From contig CBDCDA010000001.1 in NCBI GenBank assembly GCA_965215335.1, forward strand, positions 1,568,001-1,632,000: a DNA stretch of 64,000 nucleotides. Direction: 5' to 3'. Source of the DNA: an uncultured Candidatus Entotheonella sp. GTDB lineage: Bacteria; Tectomicrobia; Entotheonellia; Entotheonellales; Entotheonellaceae. A program made the position numbers and the translations under genes. Positions 30,153-38,518 of the stretch are shown piece after piece (the stretch's first letter is position 1; the number at the start of each line of letters is the position of its first letter). Below the pieces are notes generated by a model, which worked only from the letters and a program-made list of their open reading frames with translations, was not told the origin of the DNA and did no database searches.

Positions 30153-32045
30153 ATGGCAGTTTTTGCCCTTGAACACGTGTCGCTGGCTTTCGACCGCGTG
30201 CCCTTGCTGGACGAGGCGGCGCTGCAAGTCGAATCCGGTGAACGGATCGCCTTGGTCGGTCGCAACGGCAGCGGCAAATCGACGCTGCTCAAGCTACTGG
30301 CCGGCGACTTGTTGCCCGATGCCGGCGCGGTGCACCGCGCCCACGCGCTGCGCTTGGCGCACGTGCCGCAAGAGCCGGTTTTCGCCGCCGGCCACACTGT
30401 CGAACAGGCGCTCACCGACGCCCTGGGTGCGGGCGGCGAGTTGATCGCCGACTATCACCGCACCACCGCCCGGCTAGCCAACACACAGGGCGCCGAAACC
30501 ACGGCGTTGATGACGCGCCTGCACGACCTGCAGACGCAATTGGAGAACCGGGACGGCTGGCGCCTGCACACCCAGCTGGAAACCGTGCTGTCGCGGCTGC
30601 GACTCGACCCGGCGGTCCGTCTCGGCGCGCTTTCCAGCGGCTGGCAGCGCCGGGTGGCGCTGGCACAGGCCCTGGTCGGCGACCCGGAACTGCTGCTCCT
30701 GGACGAACCGACCAACCATCTCGACGTCGGCTCCATCGAGTGGCTCGAATCCTACCTGCTGAGCTTCTCCGGCACGCTCGTTTTCGTCACCCACGACCGC
30801 GTGTTCCTCGACCGCCTGGCCACCGGCATCGTGGAGTTGGACCGCGGGCGGCTGCGGCGCTTCCCGGCAGACTGGGCGACCTACCGTGAGCACAAAAACG
30901 ACCTGTTGACCGTGGAGAAGGCCGGGGCCGCACAGTTCGACAAACGCCTGGCACAGGAGGAAACCTGGATACGCCGGGGCGTGCGCGCCCGCCGCACCCG
31001 CAACGAAGGCCGCGTGCGCCGCCTGATGGCCATGCGCGAAGAACGGCGTGCGCGCCGCGAGGTAGCGGGGCAGGTCAATTTCACCCTGAGCAGTGGCGGG
31101 CGTTCCGGCCAGATGGTCGTCGAGGCCGAGGGCATCTCCAAAACCTTCGGCGATCACGTGGTGCTGCGCGATTTCTCGGCCCGCGTCATGCGCGGCGATC
31201 GGATTGGCATGGTCGGGCCGAACGGCATCGGCAAGTCCACGCTGATCCACATCCTCATGGGCGAATTGCCGCCGGACACCGGGCGCCTGCGCTTCGGCAC
31301 CCGGCTGTCGAAGGTCTATTTCGATCAGCGCCGCACCCAATTGGACCCCGAGGCCACCCTGTGGGAGACCCTCTGCCCGCACGGCGGCGATCAGGTCGTG
31401 GTGGATGGCAAGCACCGCCACGTGGTCAGCTACCTGGCCGATTTCCTGTTCCCGCGGCAGAGCATCCGGGCGCCGGTCAAGACCCTGTCCGGCGGCGAGC
31501 GCAACCGCCTGCTGCTGGCGCGGCTCTTCACGCAACCGGCCAATTTTCTGGTCCTCGACGAGCCGACAAACGACCTCGACACGGAGACCCTCGAACTGCT
31601 GGAGGGATTGCTGGCGGCATACGACGGGACCCTGCTGCTGGCGTCCCACGACCGCGCCTTTCTGGACGGCGTGGTGACGTCGATTTATGCCTTTGAAGGC
31701 GAGGGCCGGGTGCGGGAGTACGTCGGAGGATACGGCGACTGGCAACAGGCGTTGCCAGCGCCGCCGACGGCCAAGCAGCGCCCTGCTGCGGCCCCGGCCA
31801 AGCAGCCGCGGCGCCGGAGGCTGACCTACAAGGAGCAACGCGAACTCGAAGGATTGCCGGAATCCATCGAAACCCTGGAAAACGAGCAGACGGCGCTGCA
31901 CGCCCAACTCGAGGACCCCCGGCTTTTTCAGAGGGAGCCCGCGACATTCCAGGCCATCATGGAGCGGCTGACGGCTCTGGACGACGAGCGCGACGCCGCT
32001 TATGCCCGCTGGGACGAGTTGGAACGCCAGCAGCAGAATGCGTAG
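30153..32045 (+). CDS. uup: ABC-F family ATPase Uup
   Basis: Two ABC domains (GRNGSGKST, LLLDEPTNHLD; GPNGIGKST, LSGGERNR, DEPTNDLD), ARRTRNEGRVR linker, C-terminal LTYKEQRELE coiled coil. Confidence 0.93.
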   Translation: MAVFALEHVSLAFDRVPLLDEAALQVESGERIALVGRNGSGKSTLLKLLAGDLLPDAGAVHRAHALRLAHVPQEPVFAAGHTVEQALTDALGAGGELIADYHRTTARLANTQGAETTALMTRLHDLQTQLENRDGWRLHTQLETVLSRLRLDPAVRLGALSSGWQRRVALAQALVGDPELLLLDEPTNHLDVGSIEWLESYLLSFSGTLVFVTHDRVFLDRLATGIVELDRGRLRRFPADWATYREHKNDLLTVEKAGAAQFDKRLAQEETWIRRGVRARRTRNEGRVRRLMAMREERRARREVAGQVNFTLSSGGRSGQMVVEAEGISKTFGDHVVLRDFSARVMRGDRIGMVGPNGIGKSTLIHILMGELPPDTGRLRFGTRLSKVYFDQRRTQLDPEATLWETLCPHGGDQVVVDGKHRHVVSYLADFLFPRQSIRAPVKTLSGGERNRLLLARLFTQPANFLVLDEPTNDLDTETLELLEGLLAAYDGTLLLASHDRAFLDGVVTSIYAFEGEGRVREYVGGYGDWQQALPAPPTAKQRPAAAPAKQPRRRRLTYKEQRELEGLPESIETLENEQTALHAQLEDPRLFQREPATFQAIMERLTALDDERDAAYARWDELERQQQNA

Positions 32046-32108
32046 GTCGGATTCGCCGCGTCATTCGATGCGCCAAAGACGGAACGACACCGGCTGTCGG
32101 CCCAGCCC

Positions 32109-33059
32109 CTATCCCGTGCGCTGGATCAGCCGCAGCAGCGGTTGCAGGGTGTCGACGCCGAGATTGCGGCGCGCCTTCTCGGCAGCGGCTTCCAGGCACG
32201 GCAGGCTGTCCAGCAGCAGACGTCGCCCTTCTTCCTGCCCCAACGCCTCGACAATTCCCGGCAGCAACGCCCGCCCCATCACTTCCTCACGCAGCCCGTA
32301 CGCGGCGGCGAGGCGTTGCACCACGTAAGGAAAGCCGGCGTCCGCCTGCAAGCTGTGCAGGTCGATGACCGTGGCGCTTCCGGCCCCGTCCCCGATCGCA
32401 TCGGCGTCGCGCACCAACACGTTCCACGGACCGGGATCGGAAGTGAACAGCCGCCGGCCCAAGGCGTCCCACAGCCGCACGTAGGTCGTCACCGCCAGCC
32501 GCTCGGCGTCGGCCCGACGCCGAGCGTGGGCAACAGCGTCCAGCTGGCCGGCCAGCAGCCGCTGTTCGTACTGAAGCAACAGCCGTTCCACCGACACGCC
32601 GGGGATGAACGCCTCGATGAGCAGATGGCGCGGCACGCCGGCGTCATCGTGCCAATGCCACACGCCGCCGCAGCGCGGGAATACCCCGGCGGCATGGCGA
32701 TTCACGGTTTCGGCAAGGTGGGCAAGCGTATCGAGGAGATCGGCGGTGGCGTCATCCTGTGCTTGTGCGTCGGCGTTCGCCGTATACACGAGGCGCCGCT
32801 GGTGGGGAGTTTTGCAGACCAGGGGAAAGGCATGCCGGCCGCACTGCACGGTCAGCTTGTAGACGGACATGGCGCCGCCTGCGGCCAAGGGGGTGGCCAC
32901 ACCGCGCAATGAAAAAGGGTGCACCCTGGAAGCTGGGTACACCCTGTGCAAGGCTTGACGCACGCAACCGAACAGGCGGTCGGCCGTCTCGATGGCCTCG
33001 ACGTGCTGTGGCACACATCCCGGCGCCCATTGCAGGGCGAAACCGGACATTACGAACAT
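32109..33059 (-). CDS. Hypothetical protein with protein-kinase-like motifs
   Basis: LVCK, LLIEAFIPG, SDPGPWNVLV and VIDL appear in kinase-fold order; start uncertain. Confidence 0.55.
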   Translation of the reverse strand: MFVMSGFALQWAPGCVPQHVEAIETADRLFGCVRQALHRVYPASRVHPFSLRGVATPLAAGGAMSVYKLTVQCGRHAFPLVCKTPHQRRLVYTANADAQAQDDATADLLDTLAHLAETVNRHAAGVFPRCGGVWHWHDDAGVPRHLLIEAFIPGVSVERLLLQYEQRLLAGQLDAVAHARRRADAERLAVTTYVRLWDALGRRLFTSDPGPWNVLVRDADAIGDGAGSATVIDLHSLQADAGFPYVVQRLAAAYGLREEVMGRALLPGIVEALGQEEGRRLLLDSLPCLEAAAEKARRNLGVDTLQPLLRLIQRTG

Positions 33060-33200
33060 ACCGGCATCATGATGACCCAACCGCAGGATGGGGGCAGACC
33101 AGGGAGGGCAGGCCAACACGAACACGCCCTCGGCACGGCCATGCGGCGGCGTCCCGAAGCGACTCCTGGGCGTGGGCGGGCGGACCTGCGGCACGTCACG

Positions 33201-33413
33201 TCACGACGTCTGGCTTTCAACCTTCTTGGGCTCCTCGCCGCCGCCGTCCTCGATTGCGTCCGTCACGTCGTCCGTCACCTTTTCGCTGGCCGTCTTGAAT
33301 TCCCGAATGCCTTTGCCCAAGCCCTTGGCGATCTCCGGGATCTTCTTGCCGCCGAAAAACAGCATGGCAATAGCGAGGATGATAACCAGTTCCTGCACGC
33401 CTAGACCGAACAT
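33201..33413 (-). CDS. tatA: Twin-arginine translocase TatA/TatE
   Basis: MFGLGVQELVIILAIAMLFFGGKKIPEIAKGLGKGIREFK; GAGGAGG RBS upstream. Confidence 0.95.
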   Translation of the reverse strand: MFGLGVQELVIILAIAMLFFGGKKIPEIAKGLGKGIREFKTASEKVTDDVTDAIEDGGGEEPKKVESQTS

Positions 33414-33732
33414 CACGACCTCCTCACAGCTGCTGAGAGCTATCTGGAACAACGGATGGCTCTCAGTATACGACGCACGGCCGCTGGTCGCCAATGCAAT
33501 TCTTCATCGGCAGCCATTCTCACGATGTCGAGACCACCCCTCGCAACGGCTGCGTCACCGGTGCCATCGGCAGCCAACGCAGCGCGGCCCCTTTCGCTAC
33601 TGGCAGCCGGAGCCACGGGAAAATCAACCTTGACACCCTGTTCGCCTTGTGTTTGTGTAAGTTGCGGGTCGGATAAGGAAACAATACCGTACTTGCTGTC
33701 AAACACCGTTCCATTTCCATGAGGAATCGTCC

Positions 33733-35988
33733 ATGTACGCATTACAGCGCGGTCGTTGCCGCCAGATGCTGCCAAACCTGTGGCTTGGAGGTCTTCGCGC
33801 GCTGACCGCCGCGGTCCTCTGCGCATACGCCCTTGGAGCCGTCGGAAGCCCGGCGCCCGCGCGGGCGCTGGATCTCAGCGATGGCGAGTTGCGCCTCAGC
33901 CTCGACACCACCCTGTCGCACGGCCTCACCTTCCGTATCCAGGAGCAGGATGATCTTCTAATCAGTGATAGCAATGGTAACGACGGCGACCTCAACTACG
34001 ACCGCGGCCTCGTCAGCAACACCTCCAAATTCACCACCGACTTCGACCTCGGCTACCGAAACTTCGGCGCCTTCCTGCGTCTCAATGGGTTTCTCGACTT
34101 CGAGAACGAGCACGGCGAGCGGGAACGCACTCCCCTGAGTGACGAGGCGAAGAAGTTGGTGGGGCAGGGCGTCGTCTTGCTCGACGCTTACCTCACCGGC
34201 GCGTTCGATGTTGGAAACGTGGCGATCGACCTGCGCCTTGGCAGTCACGTCCTGAACTGGGGCGAGAGCACCTTCATCCAGAACGGCATCAACGCCATCA
34301 ACCCCTTCGACGTGAGCAAGCTCCGGCTGCCGGGATCGGAGTTGCGCGAAGGGCTGGTGCCGGTGCCGATGATCTCGGCCGCGGTGGCGCTGAGTGACAC
34401 GCTGTCGATGGAGGGCTTCTATCAACTCGACTGGCAGGAAACCAAGATCGACCCGGTCGGCAGCTACTTCTCGGTCACCGACTACGTCGGCCCGGGAGCG
34501 GAGAAGGCGGTGGTCGTCCTGCCCGGCGTAAACATTACCGATAACGGCCTCGGTCCGGGCAGCATGGTCGGCATCGAGCCCTTCATACCGGCCATCAACA
34601 TGGATCTCGAAGGCTCTCGCGCCGCGACCCAAGCCATGCTTGAACAGCAAATGATGCTGCCCTCCGGCAGCTTGGCGGGTCAGGTACCGACTCCGCACGA
34701 TCAGCCCGCCGCCGACCCAAATTTCCTGACCGTGACGCGGGACCCCGACCTCGACCCCGACGACTCGGGTCAGTGGGGAGCCGCGCTTCGCTATTTCGCC
34801 GAAGGGTTGAACGCCACCGAGTTCGGCTTCTACTTCATCAACTACCACAGCCGTCTGCCGCTTCTCAGCGCACGTCTTGGCAGTCGTGAGGGGATTCGAG
34901 CCGGTCTGGCGGCAGCCGGGGCTGTGGGAACGCCCGGTTCGGCCACCATTGGGGCGCTGACGCAGGCAGTTACCCCAGTGGTTGTCGAGGCGGTGACCCA
35001 GGCCGTGACCCCAGTGGTGACGCAGAGGGTCACCGAGGGCGTCCAGGAGGGATTGATCGACCCCCCCGCCGCCCCGGCGCTGATTGAGGCGCAGGTGCGC
35101 GAGGCGGTGGCGGCACAGGTGCCCGGGCGAGTAGCCGAACAGGTGACCGAGGAGATTGAGGGAATCGCCGGCCTCCTTGCGATCGACCGCTATGCGAGGA
35201 CCGCGAAATACTTCATCGAATATCCCGAGAATCTGCAACTCTTCGGGCTGAGCTTCAACACCGAGGTCGGAGCCTCGGGCTGGGCCCTGCAAGGCGAGTA
35301 TTCCTTCCGCCCCGATGCGCCGCTGCAAAGAGCTGAACGCGCGCTGTTCGCAGACGGCATCGCGCCAATCCTGCGGGCTTTATCCCTCGCCGCTGCTGAT
35401 CCGGCCGCCGTTCGCGGCTACCTCGAAGCCTACCAGCTGACGAAAATCCAGGGCTACATCGAGCGTGACGTGAGCCAGCTCCAGGCCACCGCCACCAAGG
35501 TGTTCGGCCCCGTCTTGGGATCGGACAGCGGGGTGCTCGTGACGGAAGCGGCGGTAATGCATGTCCACGACATGCCGGCGGGCAAGGGTGTCGCTACCAC
35601 GAATCCCGACGGGACCCCGAATCCGGCCTTTGCCAGTGCCATCCCTGTCGAAAGCCCCGCCGGTGAGCCCGACGATGACCCTATGACCTACAGTAGCGAT
35701 GCCGACGCCACCTCGTGGGGCTACCGGCTGGCGGCGCGCCTGGACTACAACAACGCCATCGGCGCGGTGAACCTGTTCCCGTACCTCCAGTTCCAGCACG
35801 ACGTCGGCGGCAACAGCCCTTCACCCAGCGGCTCGTTCGTGGAAGGCCGCACCGCGGTGACCCTCGGACTGGGCGCCGGCTATCTCAGCCGCTGGGAGGC
35901 CAACCTCAATTTCACCATGTACGGCGGCAAGGAGAACGAACTGCACGACCGCGACTTCATTTCCACTACCATCAAATACTCATTCTGA
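33733..35988 (+). CDS. DUF1302 family outer-membrane protein
   Basis: Signal peptide, NGNDGDLNYDRG, VLNWGESTFIQNGINAINPFD, NYHSRLP, YFIEYPE, C-terminal DRDFISTTIKYSF beta signal. Confidence 0.88.
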   Translation: MYALQRGRCRQMLPNLWLGGLRALTAAVLCAYALGAVGSPAPARALDLSDGELRLSLDTTLSHGLTFRIQEQDDLLISDSNGNDGDLNYDRGLVSNTSKFTTDFDLGYRNFGAFLRLNGFLDFENEHGERERTPLSDEAKKLVGQGVVLLDAYLTGAFDVGNVAIDLRLGSHVLNWGESTFIQNGINAINPFDVSKLRLPGSELREGLVPVPMISAAVALSDTLSMEGFYQLDWQETKIDPVGSYFSVTDYVGPGAEKAVVVLPGVNITDNGLGPGSMVGIEPFIPAINMDLEGSRAATQAMLEQQMMLPSGSLAGQVPTPHDQPAADPNFLTVTRDPDLDPDDSGQWGAALRYFAEGLNATEFGFYFINYHSRLPLLSARLGSREGIRAGLAAAGAVGTPGSATIGALTQAVTPVVVEAVTQAVTPVVTQRVTEGVQEGLIDPPAAPALIEAQVREAVAAQVPGRVAEQVTEEIEGIAGLLAIDRYARTAKYFIEYPENLQLFGLSFNTEVGASGWALQGEYSFRPDAPLQRAERALFADGIAPILRALSLAAADPAAVRGYLEAYQLTKIQGYIERDVSQLQATATKVFGPVLGSDSGVLVTEAAVMHVHDMPAGKGVATTNPDGTPNPAFASAIPVESPAGEPDDDPMTYSSDADATSWGYRLAARLDYNNAIGAVNLFPYLQFQHDVGGNSPSPSGSFVEGRTAVTLGLGAGYLSRWEANLNFTMYGGKENELHDRDFISTTIKYSF

Positions 35989-36000
35989 GGGCTATCAGTC

Positions 36001-37362
36001 ATGGACAAATCGACCCTTCGACTCTGGGTCGCGCTCGCGCTCGTGAGTGCTCTCGTCTGCCCCGCCGTCGCCGAGATCACGGCCGAACAAATCGCCCGGC
36101 TCGGCGACGACCTCACGCCCCTCGGTGGCGAGCGGGCGGGCAACGCCGATGGCACCATCCCGGAATGGACCGGCGGCATCACCACGCCGCCGGCCGGCTA
36201 CGTTGTCGGCGAGCATCACCGTGACCCCTACGTCGCCGACCGGCCGCTCTTCGTCATCAACGCCACCAACCTTGAGGCCTACCGCGACAAGCTGTCGGTC
36301 GGACACCAGCGCATGCTGGAAACCTATGCCTCCTTCGAGATACCGGTCTATCCGACCCGGCGCAGTGCTTCGGCGCCGCAGCGCATCTACGACGCCACCC
36401 GGAATATCGCCGCCACTGCGAATCTGGTGGACGACGGCAACGGTGTCGGCGGCGCGGTGATCGGCATCCCCTTTCCGATCCCGGCCAATGGCCTGGAGGC
36501 CGTCTGGAACCACCTGCTGCGCTACCGGGGCGAGACGGTGGCATGCACCATCGGCCAGGCCGCGGTGACCCGCGGCGGTGCTTATACGATCGTCAAATAC
36601 GGCCTTGAAATCGAGATACGCTATTCGCTGCCGGGCATGACCGAGGAAGTGCTCGACAACACGATGATCCTGTTCAAGCAGAAGGTGCTGGCGCCGGCGC
36701 GTCTTGCCGGGGATCTCCTCCTGGTTCACGAGACCATGAACCAGGTCCGCGAACCACGCAACGCCTGGACCTACAACCCTGGCCAGCGCCGGGTACGACG
36801 GGCGCCGAACGTCGCCTATGACAACCCGGGCACCACCGCGGACGGGCTGCGCACCGCCGATCAGTTCGACATGTTCAACGGCGCCATCGACCGTTACGAC
36901 TGGCAACTCGTCGGCAAGCGCGAGATCTATGTGCCGTATAACGCCTACAAGCTGCATAGCGACCAGCTGGCCTTCGCCGACGTCCTGACCCCGCTGCACG
37001 TTAACCCGGCGCACCTGCGCTACGAGCTGCACCGGGTGTGGGTGGTCGAGGCCACCCTCAAGGAAGGCGCGCGGCACATCTACAAACGGCGTACCTTCTA
37101 TATCGACGAGGACTCGTGGCAAATCCTGCTCGCCGACATCTATGACAACCGCGACGAGCTGTGGCGGGTGTCGGAAGGGCACGTCATCAACTATTACGAA
37201 AAGCCGTTGCTTTGGCCGACACTCGAGGTGCATGTCGATCTTCAGGCGGGACGTTACCTTGCCCTCGGCCTTGATAACGAGTTCCCGATGTGCACGTATG
37301 ACGTCGAGGTGCAGGCACGGGACTTCACGCCTGCGGCCCTGCGCCGCGAAGGCCGGCGCTGA
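36001..37362 (+). CDS. DUF1329 family periplasmic protein
   Basis: LTPLGGERAGNADGTIPEWTGG, GIPFPIP, AWTYNPGQRRVRRAP, FNGAIDRYDW, RYELHRVWVVEA, YIDEDSW. Confidence 0.92.
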   Translation: MDKSTLRLWVALALVSALVCPAVAEITAEQIARLGDDLTPLGGERAGNADGTIPEWTGGITTPPAGYVVGEHHRDPYVADRPLFVINATNLEAYRDKLSVGHQRMLETYASFEIPVYPTRRSASAPQRIYDATRNIAATANLVDDGNGVGGAVIGIPFPIPANGLEAVWNHLLRYRGETVACTIGQAAVTRGGAYTIVKYGLEIEIRYSLPGMTEEVLDNTMILFKQKVLAPARLAGDLLLVHETMNQVREPRNAWTYNPGQRRVRRAPNVAYDNPGTTADGLRTADQFDMFNGAIDRYDWQLVGKREIYVPYNAYKLHSDQLAFADVLTPLHVNPAHLRYELHRVWVVEATLKEGARHIYKRRTFYIDEDSWQILLADIYDNRDELWRVSEGHVINYYEKPLLWPTLEVHVDLQAGRYLALGLDNEFPMCTYDVEVQARDFTPAALRREGRR

Positions 37363-37363
37363 T

Positions 37364-38404
37364 TTGGCCAGCCAGCGAGGGCAAAGTGCTCTGACCACGT
37401 GTATCGGGCGCCCCGGTTTGTGGCTCGCCTTGACCGTCTGCGCGGCGCTGCTCACACCCGCCGCCGCCCATCAGGCGGCGGTCGAGTCTCGTCTTGCCGC
37501 GACCTCGCTGTTGCTCGACGGGGCAGCGGCCGGATCGCGCCTGATCGTGGTCGGCGAACGCGGTCACGTCCTGTTTTCCGATGACGAGGGCGTCACCTGG
37601 ACGCAGGCGCAGGTGCCGGTCCAGGTCATGCTGACCGCGGTACGCATGCACGACGCGCAAACCGGCTGGGCGGTTGGGCACGACGCAGTCATCCTGCGCA
37701 CGCGCGACGGGGGCGAGACGTGGCAACTCGTTCACGACGCGCCGCAAGCGCAACTGCCGCTGCTCGACGTCTGGTTCCGTGATGCGGACAGCGGCTTCGC
37801 GGTGGGTGCTTTCGGCACTTTCCTCGCCACTGCGGACGGCGGTGACACCTGGACCTGTCGGAACGGTTGCTGGGAAGAAAACGACGACGAAACGGTAACC
37901 GGGCCGCCGCTGCTCCATGCCGTTGAAAGCGATTTCGAGGACGATTTCCACCTCAACGCCATTACGCCGGCCGGACCCGGGCGGCTCTTTCTCGCCGGCG
38001 AGTCGGGCGTTCTGTATCGCTCCGACGATGACGGCGAGAGGTGGCGCGCCCTGCCCTCGCCCTACCGCGGCTCATGGTTCGGGGCGTTGGCCCTGGACGC
38101 GGATACGGTGCTCGTCGCGGGGCTGCGGGGCCGCCTGTTCCGTTCCGAGGACGCGGGTGAAAACTGGACGCAGATCGAAACCGGCACGACCGCGACGCTG
38201 ACCGACCTCGTGCAGGTGAAGCCCGACCTGATGCTGATCACCGGCCTCGCCGGTGCCCTCCTGACCAGCCGTGACAAGGGTCTCAGCGTCTCGTACCGGC
38301 CCCTGCCGTCGCGTCAGGGCCTGTCGACCGCCCTGGCAACAGCCGGCGGTAGCGTCGTGTTGGTTGGGGAGTCCGGTGTCGAGCCTCTTCCCGGGATCGA
38401 ATAG
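37364..38404 (+). CDS. YCF48-related BNR/Asp-box beta-propeller protein
   Basis: VGERGHV, repeated S/TxDxGxTW boxes, GWAVGHD, VGAFG, SPYRGSWFG; start TTG 37364 approximate. Confidence 0.85.
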   Translation: MASQRGQSALTTCIGRPGLWLALTVCAALLTPAAAHQAAVESRLAATSLLLDGAAAGSRLIVVGERGHVLFSDDEGVTWTQAQVPVQVMLTAVRMHDAQTGWAVGHDAVILRTRDGGETWQLVHDAPQAQLPLLDVWFRDADSGFAVGAFGTFLATADGGDTWTCRNGCWEENDDETVTGPPLLHAVESDFEDDFHLNAITPAGPGRLFLAGESGVLYRSDDDGERWRALPSPYRGSWFGALALDADTVLVAGLRGRLFRSEDAGENWTQIETGTTATLTDLVQVKPDLMLITGLAGALLTSRDKGLSVSYRPLPSRQGLSTALATAGGSVVLVGESGVEPLPGIE

Positions 38405-38444
38405 GCGGGCGTGCTGACGGAAGCAACGGCTGACAAGCTGACAA

Positions 38445-38518
38445 ATTGAGGATTGGAGATCGTGAAGTGTGGATTTAGCCGACAATCCAAAATCAGGATC
38501 CCAAAATCAGCAATCCGC
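38445..38518. repeat. Inverted pair of degenerate heptamer arrays (AATCCNN type)
   Basis: ATTGAGG ATTGGAG ATCGTGA AGTGTGG ATTT ... AATCCAA AATCAGG ATCCCAA AATCAGC AATCCGC. Confidence 0.65.

Noticed and set aside
33630..33663. TTGACA upstream of the DUF1302 gene as a sigma70 promoter
   Set aside because: No convincing -10 box at 16-18 nt spacing.
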